A DNA stretch of 64,000 nt, from the NCBI RefSeq assembly GCF_009914755.1, contig NC_060936.1, one strand, 5' to 3'. Each line of letters starts with the position of its first letter. Within the stretch, counting starts at the first letter, position 1. This document shows, piece after piece, positions 1-12,620 of this stretch. The stretch is from the human T2T-CHM13v2.0 reference genome, Homo sapiens. The notes under the pieces were generated by a model. That model worked only from the letters and a program-made list of their open reading frames with translations. It made no database searches and was not told the origin of the DNA. Both the position numbers and the translations under genes were made by a program.

Positions 1-290
<290 letters not shown>

Positions 291-294
291 TTGA

Positions 295-554
295 AATAGC
301 TGTTGTCTTTTGTAGGGAGACTAATTGAAAGGGGGCATAAGATAACTTTCTGGAGTGATAGAAACATATTTTATCTTGATGGGATTTGGGTTAAGAAGTG
401 TATACATTTGTCAAAATTATGCAGTTAAGATAAGTAAATTTAAATGTCTGTACATTTAACTAAAAAAAAAAAAGACAGCCAATACTAATGAATAATCAAA
501 TGAGAGTTACAGAGTAGGTGGAAGCACAGATAGAGCAAAAATGGCAAAATTTTG
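295..554 (+). mobile_element. Old L1M (L1ME-like) 3' UTR fragment that resumes after the L1PB at ~1950-2060
   Basis: ACTTTCTGGAGTGATAGAAACAT...ATACATTTGTCAAAA resembles old L1M 3' ends. Confidence 0.5.
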
Positions 555-950
555 TTTCTGTTTTTGTGGCTTTTTTTCTTTTTTAATTAGTCATTTTTAA
601 TTTTAATAGGTTTTTGGGGAACAGGTGGTGTTTGGTTACATGGATAAGTTCTTTAGTGGTAATTTCTGAGATATTGGTGCACCCACCACCTGAGCAGTAT
701 ACCTTGTACCCAGTGTGTAGTCTCTTATTCCTCACTCCCCTCCCACCCTTTCACCCAAGTCCCCAAAGTCCATTGTATCATTCTTATGCTTTTGCGTTCT
801 CATAGCTTAGCTCCCACTTATGAGCGACAACATACAGTGTTTGGTTTTCCATTCCTGAGTTATTTCACTTAGAATAATGGTCTCCAATTCCATCCAGGTT
901 GCTGAAAATGCCATTATTTTGTTCTTTTTTATGGCTGAGTAGTATCCCAT

Positions 951-997
<47 letters not shown>

Positions 998-1948
998 TAT
1001 ATATATATAACATACATATATATATAACATATATATATATGTATGTTATATATATATAACATACATATATATATATAACATACATATATATATCTCACAT
1101 TTTTGTTATCCACTCATTGATTGAGCTGGTCCATATTTTTGCAATTGTGAATCATGCTGCTATAAACATGTGTGTGCTGGTATCTTTCTCATATAATGAC
1201 TTCTTCTCCTCTGGGTAGCCACCCAGTAGTGGGATTGTTGGATCAAATGGTAGATCTACTTTTATTTCTTTAAGGAATCTCCACACTGTTTTCCATAGTG
1301 GTTGTACTAGTTTACATCCCCACCAATAGCGTAAAAGTGTTCCATTTTCACCATATTCAAGCCAATGTCTATTACTTTTTGATTTTTTGATTATGGCCAT
1401 TCTTGCAGGAGTGAGGAGGTATCGCATTGTGGTTTTGATTTGCATTTCCCTGATAATTAGTGATATTGATCATTTTTTCATGTTTGTTGGCCATTTGTAT
1501 AACTTCTTTTAAGAATTGTCTATTCATGTTCTTAGCCCAGTTTTGGATAGGATTGTTTGTTTTGTTCTTGCTGATTTGTTTGAGTTCCTTGTAGATTTTG
1601 GATATTAGTCCTTTGTCAGATATATAGATTGCAAAGATTTTCTCCCACTCTGGGTTATCTGTTAACTCTGCTGATAATTTACTTTTGCTGTGCAGAGGCT
1701 TTTTAATCTAATTGAGTCCCATCTATTTATCTTTGTTTTTGTTGCATTTACTTTTGGGTTCTTGATCATGAAGTCTTTGCCTAAGCCAATATCTAGAAGG
1801 AGTTTTTTAATGTTATCTTCTAGAATTTTTATGGTTTCAGGTCTTAGATATAAGTCTTTGATTCATCTCAAGTTGATTTTTGTATAAGATGAGAGATGAG
1901 GATCCAGTTTCACTCTTCCACATGTGGCTTGTCAATTATCCCAGCACC
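555..1948 (-). mobile_element. 5'-truncated L1PB (ORF2 C-terminus plus 3' UTR)
   Basis: Minus ORFs 1152-1445 ([28 protein letters not shown]) and 807-1085 (YYSAIKKN..TWMELETIILSE) match the L1 ORF2 C-terminus. L1PB-type 3' UTR and T-rich tail. Diverged TSD AAAAATGGCAAAATTTTG (537-554) / AAACATGGCAGAATTTTG (1949-1966). Confidence 0.92.
950..1097. repeat. Compound (TA)n microsatellite inside the L1PB
   Basis: Long (TA)n run followed by TATGTTATATATATATAACATAC units. Confidence 0.95.
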
Positions 1949-2803
1949 AAACATGGCAGAATTTTGATCACTGTTAAAGCTGAGAGATGGCTTGATGGGG
2001 ATTTATTTAGTCATTCTTTCTTTCTCTGTATAGGTTTGAATTGCCCCCAAATAACAGTTAAAATTTCTGAAATAAGAGAAAACTTCATTCTACTTGTAGA
2101 ATTGGTATAATGATGAAAGGAAAACAGGTTTTGTTTTTTGTGTTTTTTTTGGCCTGAATTTCATTCGTCTGTTATTAACATTATGGCTGATGTATTTTTT
2201 ATGCGCATTTGCCTATTAATTCTTCGCCAATCCTTTTCATTGTAACAATCTAAATTTCTTTATTTTAATTTTCATACAGCCTTGAGCTGCATTTTGTTTT
2301 GTTAGCCAAACTGAATTTTTTTTTCTTTTAGTGTGTGCAATAAGCTCACATTGATATGAGTGATTGGTTTAGTCTTAGTTCTATGACATTGTTTCATATT
2401 ATCTTTTCAATGTCTTTCATATTGTGGTTTGAGTTCTCTGGTTTTAATATTTCTTTTGATATTTAGAAAGTATATCTTTTTTCTCTAGTTGTTACATTTA
2501 TATTAATAATTGTACATAACACACTTAAGTCACCTCTCTTTGGAAGCTGAGTTTTTACTATTAGCAATATTGAAATTAGGCAATATCTATTTATTTTCTT
2601 CTTTCCTCTTTCTCATTTTCCAATTTTAACCATTGATTTTAATTTTAATGTTTTTATTCCTAAATATACTAAACTACTCCATTTGTGAATTTTAGCTAAT
2701 ACCCTTACACTCCCTATTAAAATCTATGAAAATATCAGAGAGCTAATTTGACTTTACATTAGTTCTCCTCGTTTCATATTTTTGTTAGTTTTATAATGCC
2801 TTT

Positions 2804-3231
2804 TGATACAGTTTAGTTATGTGCCCCCTCTAAATCTCATGTTGAATTGTAATCCCCAATGTTGGAGGTGGGGCCTGGTGGGAGGCGATTGAATCATGGG
2901 GGCAGGTTTTTCATGAATAGTTTAGCACCATCCCCCAGGTGCTGTCTTATGACAGTGAGTGAGTTCTCATGAGATCTGGTCGTTCAAAAGTGTGTGGCAC
3001 CTTCCTTCCCCCCAACTCTCTCTCACTCCTGCTCTCTCCCTGTGACGTGTCTGCTCCCACTTTGCCTTCCACCATGAGTAAAAGCTCCTTGAGGCCTCCC
3101 CAGAAGCCAAGCAGATGCTGGCGCTATACTTCCCTTACAGCCTGCAGAACCATGAGCCAATTAAACCTTTCTTCATAAATTACCCAGTCTCAAGTATTTC
3201 TTTATAGCAATGCAAGAATGCACTAAATACA
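2804..3231 (+). mobile_element. MST (ERVL-MaLR) solo LTR
   Basis: TG...CA ends, AAATCTCATGTTGAATTGTAATCCCCAATGTTGGAGGTGGGGCC, AATTACCCAGTCTC; 5-bp TSD CCTTT on both sides. Confidence 0.92.
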
Positions 3232-3689
3232 CCTTTTATTCTTAAAGCATATTATATTTATATACTATTCTGCCAAGGTTTATCTTCCTCTTTTTGTCTC
3301 AGTTCTACAGTTAAATATGTTCAGTTTACACCTCACAGACCTTATAAATGAAGTTTCTCCAGTCATTTTGTAGTGGCAGAAGTTTATTCTCTACTACATT
3401 CCTGAGCAAATACTCATGCGAATGATATTCCCAGGTAGCTCGCCTGTTCAAAACTTCCTTTGATTGGTTGTCAATGGCCTTACACTTGAAGGATATAAAA
3501 ATTCATGTCTCATATTTCTTTCCTGAGTGTTGAAAAATATGTTTTATCACTTCCTAACCTAAAAAAATGCATTTTACTGTTTTCCTTTTTTTCTTGATTG
3601 AGGTAAAATTTATAAACATTGAAATTTACCCGTTTTATTTTATATTTCTGAAGCTTCTAACTATGTTTATTAATGGGTTGTAAGAATTC

Positions 3690-4124
3690 TGTTCCAAGTA
3701 GACTAAAGTCCCCATTTCCTTACTTGCTGTGAGCAAAGGGTTGTTTTTAGTTTCAACAGGCTCCTATATTCCTTGGCTCAGGGACCCTTTCTCTGTCTTT
3801 GAAGCCAGCAATGACCAACTGAGTCCTTCTCGTGCTTCAAATCTCATTGACCTCTCCTTCTGCCTCCTCTCTCTTGCCTTCCTCTATTACTACACATCTG
3901 ACTGACTCTTCCATTTTCTGTTCTGCTTTTAAGGACTTTGTGATTAGACTGGGCCCATCCAGGTGTTCCAGGATAATCTCCCTATTTTAATGTCAGGTGA
4001 TTAGTAACTTTAATGGCATCTGCAAAGTCATTTTACAACAGTATGTGAAGTCATGTTTGATTATATTTTCTTTACAACAGGAATGAGAATCTTAGGGGGA
4101 CACCTTTAGAATTCTGCTTACCAC
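3690..4124 (-). mobile_element. MLT1 (MLT1D/E-like) MaLR LTR, partial
   Basis: GATTAGACTGGGCCCATCCAGG..GGATAATCTCCCTATTTTAA..TTCTGCTTACCACA. Confidence 0.75.
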
Positions 4125-4129
4125 ATACA

Positions 4130-4850
4130 GACATGAAAAAACTCACTTGATGTTACTTACAAGGAAAGTATAAACTAAGCATACAATGAGATACCATTGT
4201 TCACCTTTCATTTAGGCTAAGATCAGCCAGTATGATAACATACTGATGAAGGATAGGAGTAACAAGAACTTGGGTATATTGCTACTACAAGTTTTAACTG
4301 TCATAACATTGATAGAGGGTAATGTGGCAAAATCGTAACTACAAACATAAATTTGTTTGTCCAGAAATTCTACTTCTAGAAGCTTTTCTACAGATGTTAC
4401 ATATGTATGAAATGAACAAGGTTGTTTACTGCATGTTGATTTTTGTAGCAAAATATTGAAAGCAAACTAAATACCCAGGGGACTAGTTAACAAGGTAGCG
4501 TCACTTGATATCAATAGAACACAATACATAGACTGCAATAGAATACATAAAAACAATGATGAGCTTCTTTATATACTGTTAGAAATGATATGTAAGATAT
4601 ATTATTTTTAAAAGTTATAGAACAGCAAATATTATACGCAACCAGTTGAGCAAAAAAAAGGAGTAGTAGAATATATACACCTATGTGTATTTGCTTACAT
4701 CGGCATAAAATATCTCTGAAAGTATATGAGAGAAACACAATAATAATTGATGCCTTCAGGGAAGAGGAATTGGTGGTACCTGGTGGAAACTTTTGGGACT
4801 GTTTGCATCTTGAATCATGTAAACGTATAACCCAGATAATAAGCTAAATG
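4130..4850 (+). mobile_element. Old L1M (L1ME-like) ORF2 end / 3' UTR
   Basis: ACAATGAGATACCATT, CCAGAAATTCTACTTCTAG, ATGTTGATTTTTGTAGCAAAATATTG are decayed L1 3' motifs. Confidence 0.65.
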
Positions 4851-5295
4851 AGTAAAACAAACTATGTAAAGTTATTTCTACCAACACCACCGTTTCTTGA
4901 AAGTAAATATTTTTACAGGAGAGGCAGGCATCTAATGAGTATCAGTCAACCAGCCAGCAGAGCAACTTCTGAATATCATGTTTTTCCATCTTTAGTATAG
5001 TTCGTATGATTAATGGTAGTCTCCCCATTTTACAGTTGAAAAGACTGAAGCCCAGAAAGACGTGCAATTACCCAAGACTGCAGAAGTGCTAAGACATTTG
5101 TCTAGGGTTCAACCCGGGGCAATTTTCTATCACAATTTTAACCACTGCATGATAAGACCATATTTTTTTTTAAAAAAAAAGAATATTATCTTAGAACAAA
5201 GAATATCCTTTTTTAAAAAAATTTATCTTTACATAAAATTAAACCCATTGCCTATTTTCCATTTTGTGTGTACAGTGGCACTGGTCTCCAAATTA

Positions 5296-5618
<323 letters not shown>

Positions 5619-5689
5619 AAACACTAATGGATTTCAGTCTGCAGCTGGATACTGCAGTCCCTACTATAACACCTTCTACAGGAAGACCC

Positions 5690-6240
5690 AACGCCTCTCT
5701 TTGAAAAACTTTATTGACAGTGAACTTTCCCATAAGGTAACTTTCTCACAAAGCAGTCTATTCCTTGTGTTGAAGCAAGTTTCAGTGCTACAAAGTTTGT
5801 GCTACATCAGTCTGAAATAGGCTTTCCTTGCAACCTTGGTGTCTTTGTCCTAAATTTCCCCTGTGGAGCCACCATGAAAGATTGAATTGATTCTCTTCCT
5901 TAACATAGCTCTTCAAGCATTCAAAACATTTCCATTTCAAGTTCAAACCTTCCAAGCTTCTCTATGTCACATAAAACAGGATTTTTTAAAGTCTCCTAAT
6001 CTGCATAAACAAATAATTATCCTCTGAGGCCACTCCAGTTTATCAATGTTTTTGATAGAATATTTTACCAGGGAAAATTGGCCAGCATTAAAGCAGGCAG
6101 GGGTTATTGCCACCAGTTTCTATATACCATCCTGTTAACACAGGCAAAAATAGATTATCTTTACGACAGGAAGATCAGCCTGTTACCTGTTATATCAGCC
6201 TGTAAAGCAAGCAGACATATACAACTTTTAATTATTTTTC
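5690..6240 (-). mobile_element. L3/CR1 remnant
   Basis: CTCTGAGGCCACTCCAGTTTATCAATGT and TCTCTTCCTTAACATAGCTCTTCAAGCATT resemble the antisense CR1 3' region; highly diverged. Confidence 0.5.
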
Positions 6241-6262
6241 ACATTTGCAACTTAGGTTTCCC

Positions 6263-6263
<1 letters not shown>

Positions 6264-6314
<51 letters not shown>

Positions 6315-6352
6315 CACAGACAGAGACAGAGAGGGATAAAGAGAGAGAGAAA
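6264..6352. repeat. (CA)n(GA)n compound microsatellite
   Basis: Seen directly. Confidence 0.95.
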
Positions 6353-6639
6353 GAATGTATTCCTTGCCTTAAGGGCAAGATTTTCATATTTCCATTTAAT
6401 GTTTTTCAGAGTCAGGTTGTTGAAAAACAAGAAAGCTAAATTCAGGGGAATAAAATGGAGAAAGTAGAGAAAAGTTAAAAATGGAAAAAAAAGAACTTGA
6501 AATATATACCAGTATGACTTGGTGTATTATTTTTTCATTAGATTTATCTACTGAAGCTCCTGGCTTTTTTTGCACAAAATATTTAAGATGCTTTGTTAGC
6601 ATCTAAATTTCAGACCATTAATAAAATTACATCATTACA

Positions 6640-6870
6640 TGTTATAAATAGCTAACATTTACTGAAGCACTTGTGTACCAGGAACTATTACAAGGGCTTT
6701 CAATGAAAGACATGTTTTTATTTCACAACCCTATGACGCAGATATTATATTCTATTTTTAAAGATGAGAAAACCGAGGTCTGGAGGAGTTAGCTTATTTG
6801 CCCAAGCTCATAGAACAAATGATCAATAAAGCTGCTATTCAAAGCTAAGAAGTTCAGTTTTGAAACAAAT
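6640..6870 (-). mobile_element. MIR
   Basis: AATAGCTAACATTTACTGA..CACAACCCTATGA..AGATGAGAAAACCGAGG..TTGCCCAAG. Confidence 0.8.
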
Positions 6871-7034
6871 GACATGCTGTTAATTATATAATAGTTCTGG
6901 AAAGGGCCATGCTTGCTTGAGTTCCTTCTTGAAAAGGGGAAAAATATTGAAATTCAGAATATGCAGAATCAGTAATGGCTATAGACCAGGGGAAAGCTGC
7001 AGTCAGATTAGCCAAAAATTCACTCATAGAAGGA

Positions 7035-7300
7035 AAGCAATAGGTTTAGTGGTTAGGTGCAACACATATGCTTTGAAATCACATAGACTGAACTTGAATT
7101 CAACTCTGCTGTTTACCAAGGTAAGGAGATGGACAAATAGCCTAACCTGAAGCCCCAGCTTCCTCGTCTACAAAATGAAGCCAGAATCTCCTTCAAAGGG
7201 CTCTTACCAAGAACAAATGTGATAATGCATGTAAATCACTTCACAATACTGGACACATAGTATGCACTTAATAAATGATGGCTATTATATTATTATTATA
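7035..7300 (+). mobile_element. MIR
   Basis: GCCCCAGCTTCCTCGTCTACAAAATG..GATAATGCATGTAAA..ATAAATGATGGCTATTAT. Confidence 0.8.
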
Positions 7301-7850
7301 GTCAAGTTTGAGTCATGACGCCGGAGGGAGCTTATGCCTGGTAAATTCAATTTTCTCCCTCAGTGAAGTTGCTAGTGTCCCTAACCTCTAGTAGTGCCTA
7401 ATTCAGGAATGTGTGCTCAATAATTAATCATAGATTATATTTTATTGCATTAGCTGATGTTGCTTTCCACTTTTAGCTGTTTCATAACTTAATCATGGGG
7501 AATTTGTCGTTTCTTTCATTAACAAAAAGAAGACGTAAAAAGAGAAATCTGGAGAATATTCTCATTTCTACTATTTCTAAATTGTATTTTTCCTTCCATG
7601 ATATCATTTATTGTTTACTATAAAAGACTATTAAAATGTCAGTAACAATGGCAGTTTCTGTGGCTGGAGAACACATATTGTTTAGAATAAAAATTCAACA
7701 GAGTATGTAGCTGAGAGCCTGGGATAGTCATAGATTTTTATCAGAATCATCATAAGTGGAAAAAGTGGAAAGAAAAGAACCATTTGTTTAAAATAAAAAT
7801 GTTATTTTTATTATTTATCTTGGGTATCAGTACTTTCACACTATTCGCAG

Positions 7851-8137
7851 TTTTGTTTTGTTTTTTTTTTTTGAGACAGGGCTTTGCTCTGTTGCCCAGT
7901 TTGGGGTGCAGTGGCGCGATCCCAGCTCACTGCAACCTCCACCTCCTGGTTCAAGAAATTCTCATGTTTTAGCTGGGACTACAAGTGCGTGTCACTATGC
8001 CTGGCTAATTTTTTGTATTTTTAGTAGAGATGGGTTTTCGCCATGTTGTCCAGGCTGGTCTCGAACTCTTGACCTCAAGTGAGCTGCCCTCCTCAGCCTC
8101 CCAAAGTGCTGGGATTACAGGGTTGAGCCACCTGGCC
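7851..8137 (-). mobile_element. Alu (AluS/J) with small internal deletions
   Basis: Poly-T, TGAGACAGGG..CCTCCCAAAGTGCTGGGATTACAGG..TGGCC. Confidence 0.93.
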
Positions 8138-8399
8138 TTTTCAGGTTTCCAAGGACTTGTGTCTCCCAGGAAAAGTCCCTCCAGGCACAAATGACTGAAA
8201 GCCCTGGAAATGACCAATTCTAGCCAATTTTACTTCTCTTCGAATAGCAGATTGATATAATTATATTCAGTACTTTTCAACACAACACAATTTTACTAAT
8301 GGAGACTATATTATTGAAAAGTGAAGTTGAAATTGAAGTCAGATCCTCTGATTTTTTTTGTCTTAAACTGGATTATCTTCCTATCGAATTCAGAATATA

Positions 8400-8940
8400 A
8401 TCTACACTCCTTACCAAGTTCTTTAAGGTCTTCTGTAGATTTGTTGTTGCCTCTTTCTCTGACCACGTCTCTTTTGCATCTTTCCCTGTGCCCTGTCCTC
8501 TAACCACACTGACATTCCTTCACGACTCGAGCTTTCCTGGCTTTCTGGCTTTTTGCCAGGACTCTTCCTGAAAAATTCACTTCTTCCAGACATTTACTTA
8601 AAAGGCCCCTCATCATTTAAGTCTCACCTCAAAGCCCTGCTCTGAGATATCCCTACCTTGATTATCCAATCTAAACTTGATCCCGCATTCCTACCTTGAT
8701 TATCCAATCTAAACTTGATCCCGCATTCCAGTCATACACTGGGCAAACTGTTACATTTTATTTTTAAAGATCGTTATCTGAAGCTATCATTGTTATTTTC
8801 ATGTTAATTGTCTGCCTCTACTAGAATGTAGGAATTGTGAGAGCAATAATTATCTGTTTTGATCACAGCTGAATCCTCAGTGCTCTAGAGGAGTGCCTGG
8901 TACATGATAGATACTCAAGACATATTTGCTCAATTAAATT
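8400..8940 (+). mobile_element. L2 3' fragment
   Basis: TGTCTGCCTCTACTAGAATGTA..CAGTGCTCTAGAGGAGTGCCTGGTACAT..ATATTTGCT. Confidence 0.7.
8652..8727. repeat. Perfect 38-bp tandem duplication
   Basis: CCTACCTTGATTATCCAATCTAAACTTGATCCCGCATT occurs twice, adjacent. Confidence 0.95.
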
Positions 8941-9077
8941 ATAGGGACTTAAAATATATACAAATTAGAACAATAGCATAGTGGCTACACCTACTCTGGA
9001 ATTAGTCTGCTTGGGTTTTCATACCCCATTTCTGCCACTTGCAGCTTTTTATTATTCTATCTGTCAGACTGTATCTA

Positions 9078-9157
9078 TTAGATTGGGGCAAGAGTTATTA
9101 CAGTTTTTACCATTACCTAATGGCAAGAACCACAATTACTTTTCCACCAACACACTA
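9078..9157. mobile_element. MADE1 (Hsmar1-derived MITE) inserted in a MIR
   Basis: TTAGATTGGGGCAAGAGTTATTACAGTTTTTACCATTA...TAATGGCAAGAACCACAATTACTTTTCCACCAAC matches the ~80-bp palindromic MADE1. Confidence 0.85.
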
Positions 9158-9559
9158 TCTTATGGGATCACTGAAAGGATGCCTACAATAATGAATGAAT
9201 GTATTCAGTACAGTAAGTTCTCAGTAAATATTAACTATAACTATGCATTTCTTTTGTATTTTGAAAGCCTTGTTTTCTTAGAGGTTTTACCATATACACA
9301 TTTAAAGTAGAACTGTTAAGAATCTCCTGACTAATGTGGGTAATTCTTCATATTATTAAATCATATGTGCATTATTCTAGGATTAGCAAATGCAAGATAG
9401 CATCCCCTTCTCTCTTTGAAATTGTTGTGTTATAGAGGCTCTTACCCACTCTATGCATGTAACTTTCAATTTCTGTGCCAACAACTTTCACAGCTTCATA
9501 CATGCATCAAGTAAATGAATTTATCTAAAGAAGAGCTTTATGCTAGAAACTAGAGATAT

Positions 9560-10200
9560 TCTCAAGCTATATGGGAGGGCAGGTAACTATAAAACACATT
9601 AAAAATTATATAATTACAATCTGAGATAAGTCCTATGAAGGAATTACAGAGGGTGCTGTGAAAGTGTATCATAACAAGACTCAATTAGATTTAGAAGTGG
9701 GAACAGTAAGGGAAGGCATCTTGCAAGAAATTATATTTGAGCTGAAATTAAAGGCTGAGTGCAAGTGAACCAGGCAGAATCCAGAAGACACAGAGTTCTA
9801 AGGAGAGGAAACCAAATTTGCAAAGTTCCTGAGAAATAAGGCAGTTAAAAATTTAAAGGAAACAGAAAAGGCTTGATATAAGGTGATGAGTGGAGAGCAA
9901 ACTGTTACAGATGAATCTGTAGCGGAGACTGAGGCCAAGTCCTAAGTACCTTAAAGATGACATCAGGAATTAAGGATTTTCTCTTTCATGCAGCTGAAAC
10001 CCATGAAGATTTAATGGAGATGAGTCAAGACAACATGTGCATGTTTAGAAACTCACTTTGACTGCATTGTTGAAGATGGATAGGAAGGCAGGCAGAGGTT
10101 ATCTCATTCAGGTAGAGAGGTGTTGGCTTAGAATAGAGGAGAGATGGTGAGAGAGAGAAGCGAATAAATTCCAGAAATATTCCACTTTTAGTCGTGAAGC
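9560..10200 (-). mobile_element. L2 fragment
   Basis: AGGGAAGGCATCTTG..ATTTGAGCTGAAA..AAACCCATGAAGATTT..TTTAGAAACTCACTTTGACTGC. Confidence 0.65.
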
Positions 10201-11167
10201 ATCAGAAATTAGAAGTATGTTGAGTATCAGAAGTCTTTAATTAAGTAATGATGACAATGAAAAATCATCTAGCTGAGGTCACTGACCAGTCTATCAACAG
10301 GTCCTTGTTTCAGCTATCAGCTGTTATCTTAGGTATGCACATGACAATGGTATCCTTCATTAACTCCAGTAAAACAGATATGGAAAGGAATCATATTAAA
10401 TAGCTGACCTCTTTGAAAAAGTTTAAATTTAAATATAAAATATGAGTTTTGATTGGTACATTTTCCTAGATACACAGTTGTATCTGAAACCTGTTTCTTT
10501 CCCATTTATCTACAAATAAATTGCCACCACTGTTGGATGTGTATTCTCCAGCTATAAGAAATAGGATGACAGTTCATTTTAACAAACATGTATTCAATAT
10601 TGTCTGTATGCCAGCCACTGTGATATGTAGTGGCAACATGAAGATCAAAAGACATGTCTCTACTAAAGAATACAACAGATGCGCCTTCATTCTAGTACTT
10701 GTAATTTTTTATTATCATAAACTGGTTTTAAGGAACAGCTAAACCCACCAGCTAACTATGGTCAGAATGGCATTTTTACAGCTAGTGTGCTATAAATAAA
10801 AGCACTACATTTGTTGAATGTTCTCCAACACTTACGTGAACAAAATAAAAGATAAGTAGGTATTTAGATCCAATATCATCAGTTCCATGACAATAGGTGC
10901 TATATCCATTTTGTTCAATATTGTATTTTCAATATTTAGCTCATTATCTAGGACATGGTAGGTATCTGTCACGGTAATAAATGACAAAATTAAAATGCTT
11001 GAATTCTGCTACATGGAGTAGAATTGAAAACCTCTACATTTAGAAGGGCCCATCAGATACATAAATATTCAAAATCAGGTATTACACAGGGACTAAATAA
11101 TTAGTAAGAGTTGTCCTTTGGCTTTTTCCAGATAAAATTGCTTTCCATCCTTTGCAGCCAAAAACTC

Positions 11168-11257
11168 TAGGGTTTCTCCTGAGAGTTCATTGAAACAATC
11201 AGCAAATACAAAATTTGTATTTCTGATTATTTCAATGAACTCTCAGGAGAAACCCTA
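11168..11257. repeat. Near-perfect 90-bp palindrome
   Basis: Arms 11168-11212 and 11214-11257 are reverse complements with 1 mismatch and 1 single-base indel. Confidence 0.95.
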
Positions 11258-11950
11258 TTTGTATATATATTTGTATATGTATATGTATATATTTCTACAT
11301 ATGTATTACACATACATATATGTATACATGTATGTATAATACATATGTATAATACATATATATGTATGTATAATACATATGTATAATACATATAATACAT
11401 ATATATGTATGTATATAATTTTCACTCAACTTACTTATACATGTCTCTCATATATACAGTAGTCTCATACCTGTACACACTCATATATATACACACTATA
11501 TAGTGTATATATATATAGTGTGTATATATATATACACACTACATATACTACATATGTAGTATATATACACACACTACATGTATAGTATATATATGTGTGT
11601 GTATATATATATAGAAGTATATATAGAACTCTCAGGCAAAACTATTTGTATATATATATTTGTATATATGTGTATTATACACATATATGTATATATACTT
11701 GTATGTATATATGTATGTATAATTTTCACTCAATTTACTTATACGTCTCTCATATATATAGTAGTCTCATACCTGTACACACTCATATATAAATATGCTA
11801 TATATATCATATATACTCATATATATACTGGAATATATATGAGTGTGTATAGATATATGAGACTACTATACATATGAGAGAAATGTATTTATAGATTGAG
11901 TGAAAATTATACAAACATATTATATATAGTGATATATAATACATATTTAC
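11258..11950. repeat. TA-rich low-complexity region with tandem and inverted copies of a unique core
   Basis: Core ATAATTTTCACTCAA..GTAGTCTCATACCTGTACACACTCATATAT at ~11414-11490 and ~11717-11790; inverted copy at ~11834-11911. Confidence 0.9.
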
Positions 11951-12281
11951 TATACAGAGAGTGAAATGTCCTGCTCATTGGTTTTGCTAAGGTCTACTTC
12001 TATGTAGAAATCAACTAATCTGTCTGGGAAAGAAGTTAGAACCTAAGCTTTCACAGAACTTCCCTTCCTTGATGTCTGGTAATCAATTCAAATCAGTTGC
12101 AAAATTCTTTCTTAACATCTACTATGCCTTGGGTACTTGCAGGTTGTTGGGAAATAAAAATAAACAAAATAAGGCCTGCACTCAAATATTTTCCATTTGG
12201 GGAGAAAGAGAAGTAAGCAAACAATTATAATGCAGTATGCTATGTGCTATAAAAGAATGACATCAGAGCCTTGAAAAAACA

Positions 12282-12620
12282 TGTCCCAGTCAGCTTGGGC
12301 TGCCATAGCAAAATGCCATAGATTGGGTGGCTTAAATAACAGACATTAGTTTTCTCAGTTCAATTTCTAGTGAGAGCTATCTTCCTGCTGGCAGACACCT
12401 GCCTTTTAGCTGTGTCTTCACATGACAGAGAGAGGTAACAAGCCCTGGTCTCTCTTTCAGTTCTTATAAGGACACCAATCTTATGAAGTTAGATCCCCAC
12501 CCTTATGACATTATTTAACCTTTATTATTTCCTTAAAGGCCCTTTCTCCATACACAGTTGCATTGGGGGTTAGGGCTTCAACATAAGCGAATTCTGAGGG
12601 ATACAATTCAGTCCATAGTA
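12282..12620 (-). mobile_element. MLT1A MaLR LTR inserted in an L2
   Basis: TGGGCTGCCATAGCAAAATGCCATAGATTGGGTGGCTTAAATAACAG..GGGGTTAGGGCTTCAACATA..ATTCAGTCCATAG. Confidence 0.85.

Noticed and set aside
807-1445. ORFs with real protein similarity
   Set aside because: They are decayed L1 ORF2 fragments broken by a microsatellite and stops, not a host gene.
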